Positions 29,401-36,405 of a stretch of 64,000 bases of DNA are shown piece by piece. A model generated the notes under the pieces. That model was given only the letters and a program-made list of their open reading frames with translations, did no database searches and was not told the DNA's origin. The DNA is from an uncultured Gemmatimonadaceae bacterium (GTDB lineage: Bacteria > Gemmatimonadota > Gemmatimonadetes > Gemmatimonadales > GWC2-71-9). Where the stretch lies: positions 91,739 to 155,738 of the forward strand of contig CAYGBV010000064.1 of the NCBI GenBank assembly GCA_964348295.1, given 5' to 3'. Every line of letters begins with the position of its first letter. Position 1 is the first letter of the stretch. Both the position numbers and the translations under genes were made by a program.

Positions 29401-30964
29401 GCAGGAGCGGATGAAGGAGAGAATACGGGAGCATGAGCTGAACCGCGTGGTCGTGGCGTCGTGCACCCCCCGGACGCACGAGCCACTGTTCCGGAGCACG
29501 GTGAGGGAGGTGGGGCTGAATCCGTATTTGTTCGAGATGGCGAACATCAGGGATCAATGCTCGTGGGTGCACATGCACGAGCCGGAGCTCGCGACCATCA
29601 AGGCGAAGGATCTGGTGACGATGGCGGTGGCCAAAGTCCGGTTGGCGGAGCCGCTGCAACGGCGGACGATACCGATACAGCGATCCGCACTGGTCATTGG
29701 GGGCGGCCTTGCCGGTATGACGGCGTCACTTGAATTGGCGAACCAGGGATTCGACGTGTACCTGGTCGAGCGTGAGCGCGAGCTCGGCGGGAACCTGAGA
29801 CACATCCACTACCTGCTCGACGGTGAGGACCCGCAGCGGGAGCTGCATGATCTGGTCGAGAGGGTGAACACGACCGACGGAGTGCATGTGTTCACGGACG
29901 CGGCCATTGAATCGGTGGAAGGATCGATCGGCAGTTTCACGAGTCGCGTAAAGGCAAACGGAGGGGTGAAGGAGCTGATGCACGGCGTGGTCATCGTCGC
30001 AACGGGCGCCAAGGAGTATCGCCCAACGGAGTACCTCTATGGTGAGGATGACAGGGTGATGACCCAGCTCGACCTCGAGGAGCGGCTGAGTGGCAATGCA
30101 GAGTGGTTGCGCCGTCCCCGCGGTGCCCCGCCGAAGACGGTGGTGATGATTCAGTGCGTCGGGTCTCGGGACAGCGAACGACCGTATTGCTCGAGAGTGT
30201 GCTGCGCCGAGGCGATCAAGAACGCACTGAGGATCAAGGAGCTGTCACCCGAGACGAATGTATACATCCTGTATCGAGACGTGCGTGTCTACGGGCTCAA
30301 AGAGAGCTACTACACGCAGGCCCGCCGGCAGGGTGTCGTGTTCATGAGGTTCGAGGAGGACCGGAAGCCGCAGGTGTCCAGGAACGGGGCGGCTTTGCAG
30401 GTGGAGGTGCTCGACAGGACCTTGGGTATGCCAGTCGCGATAGCGGCAGATCATTTGGTGCTGTCGGTAGCCATCGTACCGCACGAAGGCAGTGATGCGG
30501 TGGCCCAGCTGCTCAAGGTCCCGTTGACCACCGACGGTTTCTTCCTCGAGGCACACCAGAAGCTGCGCCCGGTCGACTTTGCCACGGAGGGAGTGTTCCT
30601 CTGTGGCCTGGCGCACTCGGCCAAGCGCGTGGAAGAGGGCGTCATACAGGCGCAAGCAGCAGCCGCGAGGGCGGCTACGATTCTCTCCAGGGATAGCATC
30701 GAGTTGGAGGCGAACATATCGGAGGTCATTGCTGAGAACTGCGACGGGTGTGCGTACTGCGTGGCCCCATGCCCGTTCAACGCAATCACGCTCGTCGAAT
30801 ACGTGAGGAAGGGCGCAATCAAGAAAATAGTCGAGGTTGATGAGACGGCCTGCAAGGGTTGCGGGACGTGTCAAGCGACGTGTCCCAAGGAAGGCATAGT
30901 CGTTAGAGGCTTCAGGCTGGAGCAGATTGGCGCGCAAGTACACGCCGCCTTCGGAGCGCAGTGA
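26477..30964 (+). CDS. HdrL-like mega-fusion: HdrA-like flavoprotein with inserted GltD/NfnB-like NAD(P)H module + second complete HdrA unit + C-terminal 2x[4Fe-4S] ferredoxin
   Basis: HdrA-I: VVGGGIGGMQAALDLA, TFPTNDCAMC, IQCVGSRD, YCSAVCCMYA. GltD-like insert at aa ~160-570: CRHACPAG..., NPFPSVCGRACRHYCEDVC, VAVVGAGPAGLTAARDL, VLVLGGGRVALDAA, VFAGGDV. HdrA-II: VCHCGKNI, ASCTPRTHEPLF, GLNPYLFEMANIRDQCSWVH, LVIGGGLAGMTASLELA, IQCVGSRDSERPYCSRVCC. Ferredoxin tail: CDGCAYCVAPCP, CKGCGTCQATCP. The TTG 26477 start follows GGAGG; GTG 26486 is an alternative. Confidence 0.85.
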   Translation: MQQVSGSTSPSPTGAALVVGGGIGGMQAALDLAACGIKVYLVESKPSIGGAMSQLDKTFPTNDCAMCTMAPRLVEIGRNKDIQILTLSDVERVTGEPGNFTVTVRKRARYVDETICTGCGACQEVCPINVRDEYNKDLVETTAISRRYPQAIPNTFAIQKLGQSPCRHACPAGQRVQGYVALIRQRRYEDAYHVILRDNPFPSVCGRACRHYCEDVCTRRRVDAPVSIMQLKRFVADWAYDRKLSRRAPAGGEANEKSNGKRVAVVGAGPAGLTAARDLSDLGYSVTVFEAAAEPGGMMRYGIPEFRLPRERLQWDIQNLLSDRIRLETNHRIENIDELLDEGYGAVFIAAGADVGKRLHIVGSDLPDVLLGTDFLREVAQGESVTVKPRVLVLGGGRVALDAARTAIRLGAEVARLACLESRNQMPADLWEIEDAESDGVTIFPSRSFLEITSENGRVTGVRCVKVRFHGFDEHGKPDVEVIGGTAHTIEADTVIFAVGQAPDLPFRDAELEVTKSGTIRADEHTLATPKPGVFAGGDVVTGTNTIVDAVAAGHRAARSIDLFLRGKRLEQIAAPAVPVELTDDQIADRVTSKRARRLSTVVPVDARERGFAEFRQGYSEEEAVQEANRCLQCGICSECLLCKDVCEVGAIDHDMPPEELVELQVGAIILSPGYELFDARSKEELGYGRYPNVITALEFERILSASGPTSGSVVRPSDRTTPKRVAFIQCVGSRDAERDYCSAVCCMYATKEAVVAKEHVGDDLQCDVFFMDMRAFGKGFEEYYQRARDLGVNYIRCRPPSVEEVPGSRNLRVTFLTEADRKVSAEYDLVVLSVGIQPPKAAPRIADACGVALGEFNFCRTSPFRPVDSSRRGVYVAGPFTDPKDIPETVMQASGAACKALGLLRDARGSLIVPTSYPPEKDVRGQEPRIGVFVCHCGKNIASVVDVQQVVEYALTLLNVVYAEHSLYTCSNDTQERMKERIREHELNRVVVASCTPRTHEPLFRSTVREVGLNPYLFEMANIRDQCSWVHMHEPELATIKAKDLVTMAVAKVRLAEPLQRRTIPIQRSALVIGGGLAGMTASLELANQGFDVYLVERERELGGNLRHIHYLLDGEDPQRELHDLVERVNTTDGVHVFTDAAIESVEGSIGSFTSRVKANGGVKELMHGVVIVATGAKEYRPTEYLYGEDDRVMTQLDLEERLSGNAEWLRRPRGAPPKTVVMIQCVGSRDSERPYCSRVCCAEAIKNALRIKELSPETNVYILYRDVRVYGLKESYYTQARRQGVVFMRFEEDRKPQVSRNGAALQVEVLDRTLGMPVAIAADHLVLSVAIVPHEGSDAVAQLLKVPLTTDGFFLEAHQKLRPVDFATEGVFLCGLAHSAKRVEEGVIQAQAAAARAATILSRDSIELEANISEVIAENCDGCAYCVAPCPFNAITLVEYVRKGAIKKIVEVDETACKGCGTCQATCPKEGIVVRGFRLEQIGAQVHAAFGAQ

Positions 30965-31377
30965 TGGAAGAACGGTTTGAGCCGGAGGTCATCGCGTTCT
31001 GCTGCAATTGGTGTTCGTACGCGGGAGCCGATCTTGCGGGGGTTTCGAGGCTCCAGTACCCGCCCAATGTAAGGATCGTACGCGTCATGTGCTCGAGCAT
31101 GGTGCACCCGAATCTCGTGATGGACGCCCTGACGAAGGGCGTAGACGGGGTGTTGATGTGCGGTTGTCACCCGGGGGACTGTCACTACCAGGAAGGCAAT
31201 CTGAGGGCGCAGAAGAGAGCCGAGGCGATCCAACTGATGCTCGAAGACTTCGGACTCGAGGAGGAGCGGTTCCGGCTTGAGTGGGTGTCTGCTTCGGAGG
31301 GAGCGAGGTTCGCGGAGGTTGTGCGCGAGGTGGTGGAGACGACGAGGGCGCTTGGCCCCAGCCCCTACCGGGGGTGA
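30961..31377 (+). CDS. mvhD: MvhD/FlpD-type hydrogenase iron-sulfur (delta) subunit
   Basis: Matching segments are VIAFCCNWCSYAGADLAG, VRVMCSSMV and GVLMCGCHPGDCHY. The start (GTG 30961 or ATG 30964) overlaps the upstream TGA. Confidence 0.88.
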   Translation: MMEERFEPEVIAFCCNWCSYAGADLAGVSRLQYPPNVRIVRVMCSSMVHPNLVMDALTKGVDGVLMCGCHPGDCHYQEGNLRAQKRAEAIQLMLEDFGLEEERFRLEWVSASEGARFAEVVREVVETTRALGPSPYRG

Positions 31378-31436
31378 ACAGGTTTGCAGAGGGGCATGGC
31401 GAATCGCCCTCGCGGGACACGGTGTTGGGAGGATCC

Positions 31437-31640
31437 ATGGCAGACGATTCGAAGGTCATCGATGGGAGAAGGTACATGTGGGACGGTGAAGACTACGCCT
31501 CCGAGTCGGCTGCCGGCGAGAAGATGGCGAACTACCGCAATGATGGCTTCGATACACAGCTGGTGGAGGAAGATGGGAGGTACTTCGTGTACACGAGGAG
31601 AGTGGTAGCCGACGTGCCACCGGAAGGGGCTCCTCCGTGA
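31437..31640 (+). CDS. small hypothetical protein (67 aa) embedded in the hydrogenase operon
   Basis: ATG 31437 follows GGGAGGA (31427-31433). The sequence is MADDSKVIDGRRYMWDGEDYASESAAGEKMANYRNDGFDTQLVEEDGRYFVYTRR... and I recognise no family. Confidence 0.55.
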   Translation: MADDSKVIDGRRYMWDGEDYASESAAGEKMANYRNDGFDTQLVEEDGRYFVYTRRVVADVPPEGAPP

Positions 31641-31717
31641 ATGGGGTGACCCGACTACCAGCCCGTACGGCTCGTGCCCGAGCACTGGTATGAGAAACTG
31701 ACCAGCGGGAGGCTGTC

Positions 31718-32662
31718 ATGGTAAGAGTGGCGGAAGAGTGGCTCAATATCTGTGGGGGATGCGAAGTATCCATCCTCGACATCGGAGAGCAGTTACTCGA
31801 TGTGCTTCCATCTCTCGAGTTCGTCCACATGCCGGTTCTGATGGATCACAAGTACTTCGGTCAGACCGGCGAAAAGGACGAGCTTGAGATACCCGAGGCT
31901 GATGTCGGCATGATCTCCGGTGGAATCAGGAATGAGAAAGAGCGGCAGGTCGCGGAGGAGATGCGGAAGAAGTGCAAGACGCTCATCGCTCTCGGGTCCT
32001 GCGCCTGTTTCGGGGGAATCCCGGCGCTAGCGAACATGTACAAGGTGGAAGAGCTGTATGAGAAGGTCTTTCGGGGCTCGGCTACGACGGAGGCGGGGGA
32101 CACACCCTCGGCAGGGGTGCCGCCCCTGACCGACAGGGTTTACGCGCTGGACGAAGTCGTGGATGTGGACCTTTACATCCCCGGCTGCCCCATGAATCCC
32201 GTCATCATCTTGGAGGCCCTCACGGCGCTGCTGGAGGGCAAGCCGTTCGCTTTGCCGGAGCGCAGCGTGTGTGATGACTGTCCAGCGCGACGGGAGCAGA
32301 AGAGCGACGTGGGATTGCGCAGGCCGCTTCAGGACGGGGAGTTCCAGGCCGGCGAGTACGAAAGCCTGCGCTGCTTCAACGAGCAGGGCATTCTCTGTCT
32401 GGGACCTGTCACCCGCTCGGGCTGCGGCCGGCAGGCCGATCCGGAGGAACAGCAGGTGCCACGGTGCATCAAGGGGTTCATGCCCTGTCGTGGCTGCTTC
32501 GGTCCCGTGCGTGAGGGCGCCAATCCGATGGTCGACATGATGGGTGCGCTGTCCAGTATCGGATTGGACGCCAAGTTGGTGGAGGATCGGCGGGCGTTGC
32601 TGAACAGGTACATCGGCGGACACAATCGCCTCAAGCCGCTGCCGACCAAGGCAGGGAGGTGA
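31718..32662 (+). CDS. mvhG: [NiFe]-hydrogenase small subunit, Mvh (group 3)-type
   Basis: Motifs NICGGCEVSILD, ALGSCACFGGIP and PGCP, plus C-terminal Cys clusters (CDDCP, CLGPVTRSGCG, CIKGFMPCRGCFGP). The ATG follows GGGAGG. Confidence 0.88.
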   Translation: MVRVAEEWLNICGGCEVSILDIGEQLLDVLPSLEFVHMPVLMDHKYFGQTGEKDELEIPEADVGMISGGIRNEKERQVAEEMRKKCKTLIALGSCACFGGIPALANMYKVEELYEKVFRGSATTEAGDTPSAGVPPLTDRVYALDEVVDVDLYIPGCPMNPVIILEALTALLEGKPFALPERSVCDDCPARREQKSDVGLRRPLQDGEFQAGEYESLRCFNEQGILCLGPVTRSGCGRQADPEEQQVPRCIKGFMPCRGCFGPVREGANPMVDMMGALSSIGLDAKLVEDRRALLNRYIGGHNRLKPLPTKAGR

Positions 32663-32665
32663 GTC

Positions 32666-34111
32666 ATGGGTAAGCGAATCGTTATCCAGCCGGTGTCGCG
32701 GATTGAGGGTCATGCCAAGGTCCTGATTGAACTCGATGATGACGGCAACGTCGCCGACACCAAGGTTTCGGTAGTCGAGCTCCGCGGCTTCGAGAGGTTC
32801 TGCATTGGCAGGCCGATCGAGGAGCTCCCGCGGATCGTGACGAGCATCTGCGGCGTCTGCCCGTGGTCGCACCATTTGGCATCGGCGAAGGCGACCGACG
32901 CGGTGTTCGGTGCGGAGCCCCCCCCTGCAGGCAGGAAGCTGCGCGAGTTGTGTAATAGCATCGCGTATACCGAGGAGCACATCCTGCACTTCTTCTTCCT
33001 TTCGGGCCCCGACTTCGTCATGGGACCCGACGCGGATTACTCGGTGCGCAATGTCATCGGTATCGCACAGAGCAATCCGGATATTGGGAAGACGGTGGTG
33101 CGCAATCGGCACCTCGGCGCCCAGATGCTCGAGATCGTCTCTGGGAAACCGATTCACCCCGTGACGGCCGTCCCGGGGGGATTCAGCAAGCCCCTGACGG
33201 CCAAGGAGCGGGACGAGCTCGTCCCGATGGCGGAGGAGGTCCTCGAGTTCGCGAAGTTCGCGATGGCCTTCGCCAAAGAGAACATCTTCCCGAGCTACCT
33301 CGACGTCGTCAAACAACTCGGCGTGATCCAGACCGGATTCATGGGCACCATCCGCGACGACGGGGCACTGGACCTGTATGACGGGAAGCTGAGGCTCATG
33401 AAGCCGGACGGAACGTCCGAGGATTTCGCCTACGGTCAGTACGCGGACTTCATCTCCGAACGCATCGAGGACTGGACCTACCTGAAGTTCCCGTACGCGA
33501 AGTCGTGGAACGAAGGATTCTCGATGGATCCCGATGATCCGAAAGGCATCTACAGGGTCAACTCACTCGCTCGGATCAACGTTGCGGACAAGATGGCAAC
33601 GCCACTGGCGCAGAAAGAGTTCGAGGAGTTCCGTGCACAGTTCGGTCAGCCTGCGCAACTGACGCTGCTGTATCACTGGGCGCGGCTCATCGAGTTGCTC
33701 TACAATGCCGAGCGCGTGGTGGAACTGTTGAACGATCCGGAGATAACGAGCACCGAGACGCGTGTAGCGGTGACGCCGCGGGCGGCCCGGGGTGTGGGAT
33801 GTGTGGAGGCACCCAGGGGCACGCTGATCCACGACTACGAGACGGACGAGAACGGCCTGGTTACGAATGTGAACCTGATCGTCGCCACACAGCAGAACAA
33901 CGCACCGATCAACATGTCGGTGAACCAGGCGGCGAAGGCCGTGATCAAGGATGGGAAGTACGACCAGGGTGTCCTGAACCGGGTCGAGATGGCGATTCGA
34001 GCCTACGACCCGTGCCTGTCGTGCGCCACCCATTACCTCGACGGTCGCCTGGCCGTGCGCGTCGACATCGTGGATGCGGACGGGCAACTGAAGGACAGGT
34101 TCGAGAACTAG
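32666..34111 (+). CDS. mvhA: [NiFe]-hydrogenase large subunit, Mvh (group 3c-like)
   Basis: N-terminal RIEGHAKV and the Ni-ligand motif SICGVCPWSHH. C-terminal DPCLSCATH is followed by a 25-aa extension (a protease substrate). Confidence 0.92.
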   Translation: MGKRIVIQPVSRIEGHAKVLIELDDDGNVADTKVSVVELRGFERFCIGRPIEELPRIVTSICGVCPWSHHLASAKATDAVFGAEPPPAGRKLRELCNSIAYTEEHILHFFFLSGPDFVMGPDADYSVRNVIGIAQSNPDIGKTVVRNRHLGAQMLEIVSGKPIHPVTAVPGGFSKPLTAKERDELVPMAEEVLEFAKFAMAFAKENIFPSYLDVVKQLGVIQTGFMGTIRDDGALDLYDGKLRLMKPDGTSEDFAYGQYADFISERIEDWTYLKFPYAKSWNEGFSMDPDDPKGIYRVNSLARINVADKMATPLAQKEFEEFRAQFGQPAQLTLLYHWARLIELLYNAERVVELLNDPEITSTETRVAVTPRAARGVGCVEAPRGTLIHDYETDENGLVTNVNLIVATQQNNAPINMSVNQAAKAVIKDGKYDQGVLNRVEMAIRAYDPCLSCATHYLDGRLAVRVDIVDADGQLKDRFEN

Positions 34112-34127
34112 GAGGACGGTTAAAGGG

Positions 34128-34670
34128 GTGGGCGACTGGAAGGCGCCCACCCCCAGAACCCTACCATCACCCATCGTGACCGGCTACTGGAATAAAGAGA
34201 TCCTGGTGCTGGGGTGCGGCAACGTGCTGTTCGGTGACGATGGGTTCGGGCCCGCTGTCGCCGGATACCTGGAGCAGAGCTGCGAAGTGCCGTCCCACGT
34301 GGGCGTCGTGAACGCGGGGTCGGCGGTCAGGGACCTGCTGTTCACCGTCGCGCTGAATGAGCGGCGCCCCAGGCTGATCATCATCGTGGATGCTGTGGAC
34401 GACGGGATGCCTCCCGGGGAGGTCCGGGAGCGCGACATCTCAGAGTTCCGGGAAGTCGCTATCGGGGACTCCTCGATGCATCTGTTTCCCACGACGCGCC
34501 TGCTGCGAGAGTTGAGTGACCTCCGGGGCATCGAGGTGAAGGTCATCTCGGTGCAGGTGCTACACGCTCCCCACGAGGTGCGCCCGGGCCTGTCGGATGT
34601 GGTTCAAGCGTCGATCCCGGCCGTGTGTGAGAGGATCCTGGCCCTGCTGCGCACGGCGCCGACAACCTGA
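34128..34670 (+). CDS. hydrogenase maturation endopeptidase (HycI/FrhD/HoxW family)
   Basis: ILVLGCGNVLFGDDGFGPAVAGYL and IIIVDAVD motifs. The real start is possibly GTG 34176. Confidence 0.85.
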   Translation: MGDWKAPTPRTLPSPIVTGYWNKEILVLGCGNVLFGDDGFGPAVAGYLEQSCEVPSHVGVVNAGSAVRDLLFTVALNERRPRLIIIVDAVDDGMPPGEVRERDISEFREVAIGDSSMHLFPTTRLLRELSDLRGIEVKVISVQVLHAPHEVRPGLSDVVQASIPAVCERILALLRTAPTT

Positions 34671-34695
34671 CGCCCGCGCGTCCGGCCCGGGCGCC

Positions 34696-34782
34696 CTACC
34701 GCTCCGCACGACCTCGCGACTGCACCCCCATCACCGCCGCCTCGATCAGACTGTACGCCAGCGAGGCGCTGCTGCCGCACCC
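34696..34782 (-). pseudogene. orphan 3'-end fragment of an arginase-family gene (duplicate of the tail of the 36406..37395 gene)
   Basis: Bases 34696-34758 match 36406-36468 at 56 of 63 positions (my alignment). The translated tail ...SLAYSLIEAAVMGVQSRGRAER* compares with ...LQAAYRLIEAAVRGVQSRGEVER*. Confidence 0.6.
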
Positions 34783-34881
34783 CGGCCCCCCGGCCCTACC
34801 GGCAAAGCTTCCCGCTGGCGGCCCAGGCCGCCGGGCGCTCGCCCCGCGCAACATGCGACCGGTGATCAGCGTATTGGAGGC

Positions 34882-36348
34882 ATGAGGCGCACGCTGACAG
34901 CGGCCGGTCTGTGGCTGGCGACGTGCGTGACGGCTGCTCTCGCTACGCCGCTTGACGGGCGCCCACCTCCTCCTCCGGCTCAATCGGCCGACAGTTTGCC
35001 GCGCGGCACGATCGTCGAGCGGGTCGTGTCGTTGTCGGATTCGAGCCAGCGCTACGCTCTCTACCTGCCGTCGTACTATGACCCGGGCTCGAACTGGCCC
35101 GTGCTCTTCCTGCTCGACCCACGGGGACGTGCGGTCATCCCGCTGCAGTCCGTCGTGACCGCGGCCGAGCGCCATGGCTACGTTGTGCTCAGCTCCTACA
35201 ACAGCCGCAGTGACGTGGTGGACGATCGCAACACTGCGGCGATGGAGGCGATGCTCAGCGACGTGCAGGAGCGTTTCTCACCGGATGTTCGCCGGTTGTA
35301 CATCGCTGGTTTTTCCGGCACGGCCCGTGCGGCTTGGGACTACGCCTTTCGGCTGCACGGATACGTGGCCGGCATCATGGGGTTTGGTGGGGGACCGTCG
35401 CTGGGGTATCCCCTCGCCTTCCAGGTGAGACAGAAGGGAACGCCCTTTGCCTTCTTCGGTGGGGCGGGGACGACAGACTTCAACTTCGATGAGATGTGGG
35501 ACCTGGACCTGTGGCTCGACAACTTCGAATTCGTGCACCGCATGAGGTACTACGCGGGGCCCCACTCGTGGCCCTCCGAGCCCGTGTTTACTGAGGGGCT
35601 GGACTGGTTGGAGCTCCAGGCCATGAAGACGGGCTTGTGTCCCCCGGATTCGGTGGCCATCCGGGAGACCTTCGATCGGCGACTCGCGGAGGCGCAGGAT
35701 CTGGAGGCGTCGGGCCAGCTCTACGAAGCGCTCGTGCGCTATCGCGGCATCGTCGAGGACTTCGACGGCGTGCTCGGGATCGAGGAGCCCCTCGCGCGTC
35801 TGGCCGAGCTCAACCGCAACCGGGAGGTCACGCGGCTCGAGGAACGGCTGCACCACTACGTGCGCGCTCGCGGCGAGTTTGATCGGCGGTTCGCGGAGTT
35901 TCTGGATGACTTCGCGGCGAGCCGTCCGCCGTCGCTCGAGCGCTCCCTCGAGACTCTAGGGGTGCCGGAACTTCAGCGACGGGCCGCCGAGTCGAGCGAC
36001 TCGCTCGGCGCTCTAGCGGCGCAGCGCCTGCTGGAGCGTATCTTCGTGCAGACTGCCTTCTACCAGCCGCGCAGCTACCTCGAGGGTGATGACGCGGAGC
36101 GAGCGGCCGCGATGCTCGAGATCGCGCACGTGGTGAAGCCCAATGATCCACGGGTGTCGTTCAGCCGGGCACGCGCCTACGTTCGCCTGCAGCGAATCGA
36201 CGAGGCGCTCGAGATGCTCGAGCTGGTGGCTGCATCGGGGGCGATCGACGCGGACTGGCTCGAAGGCAATCCCGAGTTCGAGCCACTGCACGGGGAGGCA
36301 AGGTTCCAAGCGATCCTCACGCGGCTACGGCAGAACCGCCCCGAGTAG
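34882..36348 (+). CDS. secreted alpha/beta-hydrolase (esterase/PHB-depolymerase-like) fused to a TPR-like helical C-terminal domain
   Basis: ATG 34882 follows GGAGG, and a signal peptide is present. Motifs YALYLPSYYDP...WPVLFLLDPRG and the nucleophile elbow GFSGTA are present. The track ORF start 34597 is an unsupported extension. Confidence 0.7.
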   Translation: MRRTLTAAGLWLATCVTAALATPLDGRPPPPPAQSADSLPRGTIVERVVSLSDSSQRYALYLPSYYDPGSNWPVLFLLDPRGRAVIPLQSVVTAAERHGYVVLSSYNSRSDVVDDRNTAAMEAMLSDVQERFSPDVRRLYIAGFSGTARAAWDYAFRLHGYVAGIMGFGGGPSLGYPLAFQVRQKGTPFAFFGGAGTTDFNFDEMWDLDLWLDNFEFVHRMRYYAGPHSWPSEPVFTEGLDWLELQAMKTGLCPPDSVAIRETFDRRLAEAQDLEASGQLYEALVRYRGIVEDFDGVLGIEEPLARLAELNRNREVTRLEERLHHYVRARGEFDRRFAEFLDDFAASRPPSLERSLETLGVPELQRRAAESSDSLGALAAQRLLERIFVQTAFYQPRSYLEGDDAERAAAMLEIAHVVKPNDPRVSFSRARAYVRLQRIDEALEMLELVAASGAIDADWLEGNPEFEPLHGEARFQAILTRLRQNRPE

Positions 36349-36405
36349 CGGCTTGGTTCGGTCGTCTCCCCAGGGACTCGGCGCTTGTGGCAGGGTATTC
36401 TCCGG

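Noticed and set aside
34671-34693. CGCCCG...CGGGCG hairpin after the protease gene as the operon terminator
   Set aside because: The stem is only 6 bp with an 11-nt loop and no U-tract. This is too weak to call.
34597-34881. 95-aa N-terminal extension of the esterase ORF
   Set aside because: The extension is Arg/Pro-rich and overlaps the arginase-tail relic on the other strand. ATG 34882 has a GGAGG SD and is immediately followed by a signal peptide.
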